Position numbers and translations under genes: made by a program. Positions 1 through 9,552 of a DNA stretch of 64,000 nt are shown here, in pieces. Where the stretch lies: positions 64,001 to 128,000 of IMG/VR virus record IMGVR_UViG_3300016665_000824, one strand, 5' to 3'. The stretch comes from a virus. The first letter of the stretch is position 1, and each line of letters begins with the position of its first letter. Under the pieces are notes generated by a model. That model had not been told where the DNA came from and made no database searches. It was given only the letters and a program-made list of their open reading frames with translations.

Positions 1-686
1 TGTTCCCCTTCAAACCAAATCATCGGTTTGATCCTACAAATTTACAGTTTGAAGGATGGTTTACTGGGTGTAATTGGTACGAATTGAGAAAGGGCGAGTA
101 CATCACCGCAGAAGAGGAAGTTCTTGACGGCATTGCCTATCAAGGACAGGAAGTAGCGATCATCACAAAGAATGCTTACGAGGCAGAAGTTTTGAACGCC
201 AAGAATATGATGATTGTTGACGTGGATCTTGAGGGTGATCAGGCGATCGTGCAGAATGCTCAGTTCGCTCTTGACGTACTTCGATCTTTTATTAGCAACA
301 CAAAAAATTGGGATCTAGGCTTTAGGGTTTACAAAACTGCGGCAGGTTTGAGATATATCTGCACGACCCATGAATTTGAAGCGACAGATCCTCTTAGCGA
401 CAAGATTATGCGTAATTTACTCGCTGATGATCGCTACCGAGCTTTGTGTAAATTCCAAGATACCTATCGCGCTCGATTAACTCCAAAACCTTGGCGAGCT
501 TCTGACATTGCGTGGCGTAATCGCGGAGTGTGGGATGTTTCAGGCGAATGGGTGGAATATTTCAGGGTGTGTGACTCGCTTAGCCTCTACGGAAATACTA
601 ATATCCTTCCCCAGTTCGCCAAGGCGATCGAATACCATGATCGAATCACAAATGTCTTTGCCGATCCAAAACTAATCCTCGCGTAG
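1..686 (+). CDS. hypothetical protein, probably 5-prime partial (frame stays open to window start; TTG at 84 is the in-window start)
   Basis: No stop codon in this frame between nt 3 and 84; long ORF; no recognisable motif. Confidence 0.45.
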   Translation, partial: FPFKPNHRFDPTNLQFEGWFTGCNWYELRKGEYITAEEEVLDGIAYQGQEVAIITKNAYEAEVLNAKNMMIVDVDLEGDQAIVQNAQFALDVLRSFISNTKNWDLGFRVYKTAAGLRYICTTHEFEATDPLSDKIMRNLLADDRYRALCKFQDTYRARLTPKPWRASDIAWRNRGVWDVSGEWVEYFRVCDSLSLYGNTNILPQFAKAIEYHDRITNVFADPKLILA

Positions 687-1109
687 ATACTCTTCCAGAA
701 TAATCCCGATCTCTACCTCATCCTCTTTGGATACACCCAAGAACTTACGCACGGGTAAACCCTCTAGTCCTAATTGATGCTTCCGCATATAGTCCACATT
801 AGTACCCACAACCACGCGATCTTTAGTTGCCGCATAGTTAATCGAAGCTCGACCTCGACCTGACGCTTGGAGGATTTTATCGATATACCCCTTAGCCTTC
901 TTTAGTCGCCTTGTATAGGGCGTATTAGCCTTCCAAGGGTTTCCGTCGGGGTCAACCTCTTTCTCGAATCTCTGGTCTGTACTCAATAGAAGTTGCTGTC
1001 CGATCTCATTCATTACTGGAGTGAGGTCGGATGTTTTTTTGATCAACTTTCGGAGTTGCTCTTGGATGGCTTTGTCATTATAAGTGAGCGAGATGATTGG
1101 ATCAGCCAT
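672..1109 (-). CDS. phage virion morphogenesis protein (Mu gpG-like)
   Basis: 145 aa; ILQASGRGRASINY segment typical of Mu G-like family; directly downstream of Mu F-like gene with 8-nt overlap. Confidence 0.5.
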   Translation of the reverse strand: MADPIISLTYNDKAIQEQLRKLIKKTSDLTPVMNEIGQQLLLSTDQRFEKEVDPDGNPWKANTPYTRRLKKAKGYIDKILQASGRGRASINYAATKDRVVVGTNVDYMRKHQLGLEGLPVRKFLGVSKEDEVEIGIILEEYLRED

Positions 1110-1812
1110 TGACTTTCGCCTTGATTTGCTTCTTGACTTGAGTTCTCAGGTCTGGGGATAGTCGCTTCAGTCCCTGATTCAATATTTGCTGAGTTGTCTT
1201 CGCGTCTGTACCGCGACGAAAGTTGACACCCATGATCGTGTCGGGATCTGGTGGGTTTTCCAAGATTTCAATACCATTTCGCTCGCAGTAAGCGCGAGAC
1301 ACAGCGATCGCAGTACACTTGCAATTCCAATCACATGGAAATCCTATTCGCCTCCAGAAAGGAGAGGCTGCGGGAATCCCTTTATTGTGTAAAGCCTTAT
1401 GTGCTGGACGAGGCACTACCGAGTCGCGATGTCTCCATACCCATATATCGAGTTTCGCCATCACTTCAGGACTCCGCATCACCTTCTCCCTACCCTGCCA
1501 ATAAGACTTGTTGATATTCGTATCAAAAATCAACTTAATCTTCTGACCATTCGGCTGATATCCTGCGCGACCGATACGACGGTTAAAGCTACGAGTAAAT
1601 TGCTCGAAGGACGTGCCATCTTCAAGGGCTTTACCGATTAACCACTTAGTTGCTTCAAGTAAATCTGCTCGCATTAATCCAGATACCATAAAAGCGTGGT
1701 CGTGGATACGGGCATCTAAACCTTTGTAGTCGGATATAGGTAGAGCTAACCGATCGCGTAAGGCTGCGATCGCATCAACAGGTTTTAACTTCAAATACTC
1801 AGGGGTTGCCAC
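1102..1812 (-). CDS. phage head morphogenesis protein, Mu F / SPP1 gp7 family
   Basis: 236 aa; C-terminal PCDWNCKC resembles the conserved HPNCRC-type motif of the Mu F family; stop/start overlaps neighbours. Confidence 0.6.
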   Translation of the reverse strand: MATPEYLKLKPVDAIAALRDRLALPISDYKGLDARIHDHAFMVSGLMRADLLEATKWLIGKALEDGTSFEQFTRSFNRRIGRAGYQPNGQKIKLIFDTNINKSYWQGREKVMRSPEVMAKLDIWVWRHRDSVVPRPAHKALHNKGIPAASPFWRRIGFPCDWNCKCTAIAVSRAYCERNGIEILENPPDPDTIMGVNFRRGTDAKTTQQILNQGLKRLSPDLRTQVKKQIKAKVNG

Positions 1813-4394
1813 TAGCTCACCCTCCGAAACTTGTCGCGGGTTTCCCAGTAGGCTGCGAGGTAGACTTCCGATGTGGCGATCGCGTCGTTATTGAGTTGAC
1901 TGTCAATGAAGTCGCGTCCCTCCTTCTGCTTTTTCTGGATTTGCTCTTGTTGATAGGCGATCGCTTTTTGTAGTTTTGAGATCTGCTTCTCAGGGGTTAG
2001 TGTTCCAAATCCAGTTATATCTATCCCCATATTGGTTAGTGCTGTTTGAGATGCAGCTAGCGGCTTCTTCCCTGACTGAATTCGAGCAAGGGTCGCCTCT
2101 AAGGTCTTAGTGGTTGCCTCCATCTTGCTGATGTTGTTTTGAAGCGTTTTCAAGTCTATAGGCGGAGTAGCAGTCTTTGATTCAGTACTTGCAGCAGTAT
2201 CCACTGATTTATTTTTACGCGATCGTTTTTGGGTTGCGGTAGTACTGGTTGCAGTACTTACTGATTTACTGCTAGGCGATCGCGTAGAACTTTTTGAAAG
2301 GGGTGGCGCGGCGGAAGACTTAGCTCCGTAGTTTTCGGGATATCGGGCTTTGTTTTCTTGCACCAGTGATTCGTAGTAATCGGCGAATCCGTCTGCCGCT
2401 TCTTTTGCCTGTTCAAGGGAAAAGAAGCGGGTTTTATCTCTGTTCCTACCGCTAAACATATCGGCTAAATCTTCAGGTTCGTGCTCTTCGGTATAAACCA
2501 TCCACCCATCATCTTCTTTTTGGATGGAAATAAAGAGTGATGCGTCTTTGTCTGAAGCCTTTTTTCTTGCGTTGGAGCTGTATCTGTCAGCAGAGTCTGG
2601 ATCTTTAACCCACTCTCCAGCAATAACCTTGTCCAGCTTTTTATTGTATGTTTCTCGTGCTTTCTGTCTTCTCTCTGCGGCTTTCTGTTTTTTGGCAAAC
2701 TCTGCCAGTGTTTTTTCGGCGCTAGATACTAAACTGTTGGACTGACTTGAAGTCAAGTTGTCGGGTTTGCTGCTAGGCGATCGCTCTTGAGGGGTTTCGG
2801 GTTCTGCTTTAGGTGGTTTCGGAGCAACATACTTTTTACCAATCATCGCCTCATGCAGCAGCATTAATTCCTTGGCTTCAGAAGTATCAACACCTAGTGT
2901 CTCGATATCCCTAGCAATGACGGAGGCAAGCTTAGACTTTTGTTCTGGGGTAGCCTTGTCCGCAAACACCTCCTGATCCGACTGAGGAAACTTCTTGGTG
3001 TTTCTCAGCTCGTAAGCCGCATTTATGTTTGCTATCCCATCAACAGCCTTGGAAATCCTAACAGCTTCTTCCTGTGCTATTTCTTTCTTGCTTTTAGGTT
3101 TGACTGGAACATTCGCCTCCTGAGCGATCGCCGCTACTGGCTGGATAACTTCTTCAGTTTTTGGTTTTACCGCCCTGCTGCGACTCTTCTTAGGCTCGCC
3201 CTCTACGGGGTTTTTGGTTGATCTTTCTGTGTTAGGAGTCTCGTCTACCTGAGTTTTTGGAGGCTTAGCCGCTTTCTCTGTCGATCGAGACTTCGCCCGT
3301 GGGTTCTTGATGTTCTCGGCGATCGCCTCTTGAATCTTGTCTTGATTACGAGTAAACCGCATCTCGCCTACACGAATAACTCCTTTCCCATCCCTAAGAT
3401 CGATAGAGTATTGATTTGCACTCTCGGCAAGAGGAGTTCCTTTTTTCTTGTCAATGGCTCCACGAAACTGGATAGAGTCCTCAAGTCCATGTTCTTTAAG
3501 CTTGTCGTATAGTCGCTGCAAATCGACAGACTGTTTTTCGCGAGCAACCTTGTTTACAATACCGTTTCCTGCGCGAGCCTTTACGTCGTCGATACGGACA
3601 TATCCCTCATCATCAGCTAACTCAAGGTTCTGCTTCTTCCTCTCGATCTCTTCTGGGAGGAGTTGCTTACGTTTCAGTTCCGCAGCTAGAGCTAGTTCAT
3701 ACCCCCTCTTTTGGGCGGGGTAATTAACCGAAACTAGCTCCTTCAGGGCTTGAATCTTGGGTTGCTCAGCTTCGTATGCGGACTGGGCTTCTGGAGTTCT
3801 AACCTCTTGAGTCTTCTGCGGTTTTGTTACAGGAGTAGACTCAACCTGTTCAACTATGGGTTCAACCTCTTTAATATCTGTGTTTGCGGGTGGAGTTGAC
3901 TTGTTTGCGATCGCCGCACCAACACCCAATCCAACAGTCGCAGCCGCACCAACACCTACCGCAACATTTCTTGAAGTATTAGAGGGCGGAAGAGTTGGTC
4001 TCTGCCTAACGGGTTCCTGATAAGGTTCACTAGAACGCCCTGCGTTCACCACTGCGCCAGTCAAGGCTAGTCCGCCAACAGCTAATCCCGCACCGATCGC
4101 CGCTTTACTAAGAAAGCCCATCTCAGATTTTGGTGGTTCCTGCGATCGCGCCAATGCTCGCTCTAATTTTGATGGTGGTAGTACATTTACGCCCTGTCCT
4201 TGTGGAGCTTTCCGATAATAAAAACCACCCCTAACACGTCTATCCTGAACGCAAACATAACCTGCCCGTGGAGCGCAAGCATCGTAGCGCAACTTAACTT
4301 CTAGAGCCGCATCAATATACTCTTGAGGCATTACATCAAGAGTAATTTCGTCTAGATACAGACCAGCAAGGTAGTTCTTATCGAGATCTGGCAT
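1812..4394 (-). CDS. large (860 aa) membrane-anchored, low-complexity/coiled-coil protein of unknown function
   Basis: Two Gly/Ala-rich hydrophobic segments near N-terminus, long Lys/Glu/Ser/Thr-rich region; immediately upstream of Mu F-like gene. Confidence 0.55.
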   Translation of the reverse strand: MPDLDKNYLAGLYLDEITLDVMPQEYIDAALEVKLRYDACAPRAGYVCVQDRRVRGGFYYRKAPQGQGVNVLPPSKLERALARSQEPPKSEMGFLSKAAIGAGLAVGGLALTGAVVNAGRSSEPYQEPVRQRPTLPPSNTSRNVAVGVGAAATVGLGVGAAIANKSTPPANTDIKEVEPIVEQVESTPVTKPQKTQEVRTPEAQSAYEAEQPKIQALKELVSVNYPAQKRGYELALAAELKRKQLLPEEIERKKQNLELADDEGYVRIDDVKARAGNGIVNKVAREKQSVDLQRLYDKLKEHGLEDSIQFRGAIDKKKGTPLAESANQYSIDLRDGKGVIRVGEMRFTRNQDKIQEAIAENIKNPRAKSRSTEKAAKPPKTQVDETPNTERSTKNPVEGEPKKSRSRAVKPKTEEVIQPVAAIAQEANVPVKPKSKKEIAQEEAVRISKAVDGIANINAAYELRNTKKFPQSDQEVFADKATPEQKSKLASVIARDIETLGVDTSEAKELMLLHEAMIGKKYVAPKPPKAEPETPQERSPSSKPDNLTSSQSNSLVSSAEKTLAEFAKKQKAAERRQKARETYNKKLDKVIAGEWVKDPDSADRYSSNARKKASDKDASLFISIQKEDDGWMVYTEEHEPEDLADMFSGRNRDKTRFFSLEQAKEAADGFADYYESLVQENKARYPENYGAKSSAAPPLSKSSTRSPSSKSVSTATSTTATQKRSRKNKSVDTAASTESKTATPPIDLKTLQNNISKMEATTKTLEATLARIQSGKKPLAASQTALTNMGIDITGFGTLTPEKQISKLQKAIAYQQEQIQKKQKEGRDFIDSQLNNDAIATSEVYLAAYWETRDKFRRVS

Positions 4395-4953
4395 AATGTC
4401 TTTTCACTTCTAGATAGGCGGCTTGGTACTCAAGGGGTTTGGTTGAGTCAACTCGTTTAGATTTTGCGAGTGGTTTCTTATAGTTCGGAGCCTTGTCTTG
4501 ACCACCACAAGCGCATTGAGCTTTAGTCAACCCTTTCTTCTTGCAGTCCGAACATCCGCATTTATCGTTCATACCCATAGAATCCACCTTGTATTTATTA
4601 CTGCCGTTAGCAGGAAGGCTCTTTGACCACAAATCTTTCCTTGCCCAATGATTGGGACTAAACACGTCGTTTGCTGTGGACTGCCCTGATTTGTTTTTAA
4701 TCCCCGCCGATCGCGCTAAGTAGCTCTTCTTCGCCTCGGCGCTGTAGTTGTTCTGATATCCAGTTGCGCCATAGTGGACAACCTTGATGCGATCGCCTTT
4801 TTTCACGAGTACAGCCCGTTTCTTGCCTGGTCGCCATGACTTGATGGGTTTGTTAAAAGCGGGAAAGGTATGCCCAGCATAGTTAATACCGCCACCTTCC
4901 TTCTTGAGGCAGCGCTTGCCTGCCGAGATATATCCTTTGCCGCATTGAGCCAT
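4378..4953 (-). CDS. basic Cys-rich hypothetical protein
   Basis: 191 aa ORF, Lys-rich with CGCSDC and CACGG cysteine clusters; 17-nt overlap with downstream gene. Confidence 0.4.
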   Translation of the reverse strand: MAQCGKGYISAGKRCLKKEGGGINYAGHTFPAFNKPIKSWRPGKKRAVLVKKGDRIKVVHYGATGYQNNYSAEAKKSYLARSAGIKNKSGQSTANDVFSPNHWARKDLWSKSLPANGSNKYKVDSMGMNDKCGCSDCKKKGLTKAQCACGGQDKAPNYKKPLAKSKRVDSTKPLEYQAAYLEVKRHYARSR

Positions 4954-5039
4954 GATTTAGATCTGAATACGTTGTCCGATAATAAGCGATCGCCAATTCA
5001 GCTTCATTTAAAATCTCCGAAGGCGCGATCGCTAAGATT

Positions 5040-6593
5040 TTGGCATTTAGTTGTGCGATCGCTATGGCAAAATTTACAACAGGAGATCAGGCTTCAACTG
5101 CTGCTCTGTCGCGAGTTGACACTCTTCTCCAAACTATAAATACCGACGCAGACTATGCGCTTTGGCGGGAATGGATTTATGACAGGGCGATCGCCAAACT
5201 AGCACTAGGCTTAACTGGCGGAGGTGGAAGCTCCACTTCAATTCTTGCGGGTTTCAAGGCGATCGCTAATGGCACTGGCTACAGTATTGGCGATTTGATA
5301 TTTTTGCGGCAAACAGGAACTAACCAAACCGAATATTACAACGGTACTACAGGTTTAGTTATTACACCTGCCCCACCTAGCAGCGATCTTGGCTCTATTA
5401 TCTCTTCTAGTAATGTTGCTGTTACATCACTTCCTCCATTGCCGTCTGGCGCAAATACCATTGGCGCTATATCAAATGCTAGTTTTGGTATTAGTGGTAG
5501 CTTGCCAGCATTTGCTAGCACACCCACAGTAAATATTGGTACTACTGGCGCGATCGCCACTGATAGCACCTTACAGCAAGTAAGGGACGCGATCAAAGCA
5601 CAGATCGATATCGCCTCAACAATTTGGACAGATAACACAGATACTTTTTATGTACGACGAGATCTGGTAAACGAAGGAACGGGAGTAATCACTGTATCTT
5701 TTACTTTGCCAGACGGTACGGCGGCTACACCTAGCGCTGGACTTAGACCTCTAGCAACCGTAGATAAAGATGTTCTTAGTGATTATTACGATGTATTGAT
5801 TGCGGGTACTGGCTATGCGATCGGGGATTTATTAGCAAGGGTTGCGATCATTGATGCAAACGGTGCTTCTCCAACATCAACATTTATCTGGCTGAATTTG
5901 ACGGCAGGGACAATCCTCGGAACAGCACCTAGTTCTGCAAATATTGAAAGAGCGAACGAAACTATCGGTGCTAGGCAAAGCGGTACATGGAATATCACCA
6001 ATATTAGTGGTACGGTATCACTACCTACGGGAGCCAGTACATCGGCTAATCAGGCTACAGCGATCTCAAGCCTTGGCAGCATTGACGGAAAACTCCCTGC
6101 GAGTTTAGGGGTAAAAACTGCTGCTAATTCACTTGCTGTAACGCTTTCAACGGATGGAATCGCGAGTGGAATTGACACAAAAATTGGCGAAGTCCAAACA
6201 ACTCCAACTGCTAATACTGTTTTGGCGAGATTAAAAAATATTGCTGATGCGTTGGTGTTTGGGGCAAAATCACCAGCTAATAGTATTTCAGTTACCCAAG
6301 CTTTCGCCGCAACATCTACCCTAGCGAATGTGGCTAGTAGTGCGACATCAGTTAGCTTGTTAGCTGCCAACAATAACCGCAAAACAGCAATCATTCTAAA
6401 TGATTCGACTTCAGATTTATACGTTACTCTCAACGCAAGCGCCGCCAGTACGACGAATTATTCATTATTTTTAGCCGCTAAAGTTGGTAACACGCCATCA
6501 TTTTTAGCTATAAATGGTGATGATTATTCGGGCGAAATTCGTGGAATTTGGAGTAGTGCTAATGGTTTCGCAAGAATTACGGAGGTCGTGTAA
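5040..6593 (+). CDS. tail fibre-like protein (Ser/Thr/Ala/Gly-rich); ATG at 5064 is an alternative start
   Basis: 517 aa low-complexity S/T/A/G/N-rich composition typical of fibre/receptor-binding proteins; stop overlaps next start (TAATG). Confidence 0.5.
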   Translation: MAFSCAIAMAKFTTGDQASTAALSRVDTLLQTINTDADYALWREWIYDRAIAKLALGLTGGGGSSTSILAGFKAIANGTGYSIGDLIFLRQTGTNQTEYYNGTTGLVITPAPPSSDLGSIISSSNVAVTSLPPLPSGANTIGAISNASFGISGSLPAFASTPTVNIGTTGAIATDSTLQQVRDAIKAQIDIASTIWTDNTDTFYVRRDLVNEGTGVITVSFTLPDGTAATPSAGLRPLATVDKDVLSDYYDVLIAGTGYAIGDLLARVAIIDANGASPTSTFIWLNLTAGTILGTAPSSANIERANETIGARQSGTWNITNISGTVSLPTGASTSANQATAISSLGSIDGKLPASLGVKTAANSLAVTLSTDGIASGIDTKIGEVQTTPTANTVLARLKNIADALVFGAKSPANSISVTQAFAATSTLANVASSATSVSLLAANNNRKTAIILNDSTSDLYVTLNASAASTTNYSLFLAAKVGNTPSFLAINGDDYSGEIRGIWSSANGFARITEVV

Positions 6594-7498
6594 TGATTAT
6601 TGTTAATAATTCCACTAGTGCTGCTGGCATTGGGAAAAACTATTTTAAGAATCCCAATTTTCAAGTAATCCAAGGCACTGCATCAGGGACGCTCGCCAAT
6701 TCCACAGCATTACCCACAGCATCACTAGGATACCTAGGTGAGACTGAATGGGGTATTGCGGCGGCGGGTGGCACTCCTGCTTATGCTTTTAGCTCAGCGA
6801 ATGAATCTGTTACCTTTACGGGTGCAGCATCAACTACCGCTATTTATTTGCTTCAAAGACTTGAAAGCAGAGATATTACTACTCTAGCCAACAAACTGGC
6901 GACAATTACTTTTAGTGCTGAGATATCTAATTCGCTGCTTACTTCGGTAATTTGGGAAGTATTTCGCCCTACTACCACTGCTGACACTCATGGCACAATT
7001 GGCACACCTACGCAGACATTGATTGCTAGTGGAACGTTCACCGTAAACTCAACGCTGACAAAGTATAGCGCCACATTTACCCTTCCTGCATTAGCTGCTA
7101 ATGGACTGGAGGTAAGACTAAGAGTAGGGGCGCAAACTTCTGGAACTTGGGTGGTGTCAAGGTTGCAATTAGAAGAAGGTAGTGTTGCTACTAACTTCAT
7201 TTGTGATGATTATTTGACTGAATTGAATCAATGTCAAAGATACTTTAGAAGATTATCAGATTATCTATATGTTTATTTTGGTACTACTGGTGTATTAAAT
7301 AGTGAACGAATGCATTTAAATATGTTTGGTACTACTAGAATTAGAAATTTAATAGCACAAAATTCAATAGGTGGAACTGGAGTTACTATATCAGCAGGAC
7401 TTAATGAAGATTCAACTAGAGCTAATTATATAAATAATGCTGGAGCTGGTTACTATGGTGGCAATCCATTATATACAGTGTCAGCACACATCCCTTAA
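6593..7498 (+). CDS. tail fibre-like protein
   Basis: 301 aa, S/T/A/G-rich, translationally coupled to upstream fibre-like gene. Confidence 0.45.
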   Translation: MIIVNNSTSAAGIGKNYFKNPNFQVIQGTASGTLANSTALPTASLGYLGETEWGIAAAGGTPAYAFSSANESVTFTGAASTTAIYLLQRLESRDITTLANKLATITFSAEISNSLLTSVIWEVFRPTTTADTHGTIGTPTQTLIASGTFTVNSTLTKYSATFTLPALAANGLEVRLRVGAQTSGTWVVSRLQLEEGSVATNFICDDYLTELNQCQRYFRRLSDYLYVYFGTTGVLNSERMHLNMFGTTRIRNLIAQNSIGGTGVTISAGLNEDSTRANYINNAGAGYYGGNPLYTVSAHIP

Positions 7499-7515
7499 AA
7501 ATACAAATAAAAACA

Positions 7516-7896
7516 ATGGAATTTACATATAAACTAATACAAAATCAACCAAACTCCATCATAAGACTTGAAGATGGAGCAATTATCCCAGAAGGGCATA
7601 ATGGTGATTGGCAACTTTACGAGGCATGGTTAGCTGAAGGAAATACGCCTGAAGCCGCTGATGCGCTGCCTATTGTAGTGCGGGAAATCGATGCTCGTAA
7701 ACTGCGATTAGCTTTGCTTCAATTAGGGCATCTATCTACCGTCACTAGCGCTATTTCTAGCCTTGGTGAGGCTGCAATCATTGATTGGGAATATGCCACA
7801 ATCATTCGCGAAGATTACCCTTTGGTACTGGCTTTGGCAAGCAATTTAAATTTGGATATTAAAGCAATATTTGATTTAGCGAATTCATTGGTGTAA
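7516..7896 (+). CDS. hypothetical protein (possible tail-fibre assembly/chaperone by position)
   Basis: 126 aa ORF directly downstream of fibre-like genes; positional inference only. Confidence 0.35.
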   Translation: MEFTYKLIQNQPNSIIRLEDGAIIPEGHNGDWQLYEAWLAEGNTPEAADALPIVVREIDARKLRLALLQLGHLSTVTSAISSLGEAAIIDWEYATIIREDYPLVLALASNLNLDIKAIFDLANSLV

Positions 7897-7898
7897 TT

Positions 7899-8444
7899 GT
7901 GGCAGGAGATCTAATCCCAATCTTAAAGAGCTATTTTGATTTTGCGGTGATCGCGCAAATATCGGACAATAGAGGTACGGTTGGGATACCTTCTCAATCA
8001 AATCCCCCCGACAGCAGCATCAGCCAGATCAGCACTGCTGCTGTCGGTAGTGCTGTCGTTGTTACTGCTCTTTTTAAATTGTTTGAAAAATTTGGAACAA
8101 ATGTAATTGATGGGCAAAAAAGCAGGCTTAGCCTTGATTTAAAGGCTAAAGAGCTAGAGCTAGAATTTGAAAAGGCTGAAAAGTTGGCAGCCAGAAAAGA
8201 GGAAGAGCGCAAAACTGAACTAATCGAACAAATACTGAATAACGCACTGTCACACGTTTACAGCACAGCCAAAGAAAACAAAGAAATTTACCATGAATTG
8301 CTTGAAAAATTCCAAAAAAGTAACGAAATTAACGAGAAAGCTTGGAGCAAAATAGAAGAACAAAGCCAAGAAATCCATTTGTTAAACCAAACTTTAAAAG
8401 ATGTTTTAGCGACGCTAAGTTTGAAAGATCGTCAAAAAACCTAA
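7899..8444 (+). CDS. hypothetical protein with hydrophobic segment and Lys/Glu-rich coiled-coil region
   Basis: 181 aa ORF; start 3 nt after upstream stop. Confidence 0.4.
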   Translation: MAGDLIPILKSYFDFAVIAQISDNRGTVGIPSQSNPPDSSISQISTAAVGSAVVVTALFKLFEKFGTNVIDGQKSRLSLDLKAKELELEFEKAEKLAARKEEERKTELIEQILNNALSHVYSTAKENKEIYHELLEKFQKSNEINEKAWSKIEEQSQEIHLLNQTLKDVLATLSLKDRQKT

Positions 8445-8510
8445 AACAAAAGCCCAACTCAAGCTATGGCAAGAATTGGGCGTAGGTTACGGACAGGGGT
8501 GGCTATGGGG

Positions 8511-8930
8511 TCAGGCCATTCCTACTTGATCTTGACCAGATAACGTAGCGATCGCCAACCACTCCGCTAGTCCATCGGCAAATCCTTTGTCACTGTATTC
8601 GTCAAGGCTGTAGATAGAGTCGATGCGATCACGCACCTCTTCTAGCGTCAAACCTTCTTTTTGCCATTGTTTTAGCTTTCGCCCAATCACTTGATTGAAC
8701 TTCTCGATTTGTGGCGCTAGATTTTCTCTCGCCAACTCAGAAATGCGATCGCGCAAATCATTCTCTTCGATTTCGGAGATCTCATCGTCAAACCGTTGCA
8801 GATATTCGGGATTTTCTTGAGCAATGCGAACGCGGAGTAGCTGTATCGCATCATCGAACAGGATGTCGATTTCGTTAGGTGCGATCGCGTCAGTCCTATA
8901 GCCAAGCTTTTCTAATACTTCGAGTTTCAT
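8511..8930 (-). CDS. hypothetical protein
   Basis: 139 aa ORF, 4-nt overlap with upstream gene. Confidence 0.4.
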   Translation of the reverse strand: MKLEVLEKLGYRTDAIAPNEIDILFDDAIQLLRVRIAQENPEYLQRFDDEISEIEENDLRDRISELARENLAPQIEKFNQVIGRKLKQWQKEGLTLEEVRDRIDSIYSLDEYSDKGFADGLAEWLAIATLSGQDQVGMA

Positions 8931-9337
8931 ACCTCTACCGCCTTAACACCATAATCGAAACTGAGAAGCTTGATCAAAAAGCTTGGCAACTCATCTTCAA
9001 GTCTAGTAAATCCAGTCTCTGACTGCCCTTCAAGATACGTGTAAACGTAGTAGGGAGCTTCTTCTTGGAGTAAGAAATAAAATTGATATCCTTGATGATC
9101 GTAAAAAACAATAGCTTCGTCAGGAAGTTCCTTTAAAAACCCATCCTCTTTGAGCAAAGATTTAAAAGCTGCTTTTACTTCGGAGCAAGAGTGAACAAGC
9201 AGGGCTATCAACTTGTTGTTCTCGCCTAGTAGTAGTTCTGTACTCATAGACTGATGGAGTCGCTCAAACTCTTCGGTAGGAGCGTCGGAAAAATTTATTC
9301 TTAGGAGATCCTGAACCTTATCGAAAACTATATACAT
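8927..9337 (-). CDS. hypothetical protein (start moved to internal ATG at 9337)
   Basis: Track ORF 8927..9442 overlaps upstream gene; internal Met (MYIVFDKV) removes most of the overlap. Confidence 0.4.
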   Translation of the reverse strand: MYIVFDKVQDLLRINFSDAPTEEFERLHQSMSTELLLGENNKLIALLVHSCSEVKAAFKSLLKEDGFLKELPDEAIVFYDHQGYQFYFLLQEEAPYYVYTYLEGQSETGFTRLEDELPSFLIKLLSFDYGVKAVEV

Positions 9338-9552
9338 TTTAATCCTAAATCCTTGGTGGCTTTGATAGCGTCCTTTTCTGAGTCGGCGGCGTACAGGCAA
9401 AACTTGTCGGCGATCGCCTGTACCTTCCATAGCCCTGCCCATCCCTGCTCGATCTCAACTGGTTCCTGTGTATTCACAATGTTGGTGGCACGAATCAAGG
9501 TGTTGCTGAGCAGGTGGGAGTTTTGAATATCTTCGAGTGTTAATTTTGCCAT
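9328..9552 (-). CDS. hypothetical small protein
   Basis: 74 aa; ATG immediately follows the stop of the 551-aa gene (TAAATG on minus strand). Confidence 0.4.
   Translation of the reverse strand: MAKLTLEDIQNSHLLSNTLIRATNIVNTQEPVEIEQGWAGLWKVQAIADKFCLYAADSEKDAIKATKDLGLKCI

Noticed and set aside
2465-3723. Small ORFs overlapping the 860-aa gene on both strands
   Set aside because: Fully nested in a much longer ORF with biased composition; no independent start context.
5336-7200. Antisense ORFs inside the tail-fibre-like genes (5336..5638, 5813..6001, 6050..6433, 6988..7200)
   Set aside because: They lie fully within longer sense-strand ORFs of low-complexity sequence, which generates open antisense frames by chance.
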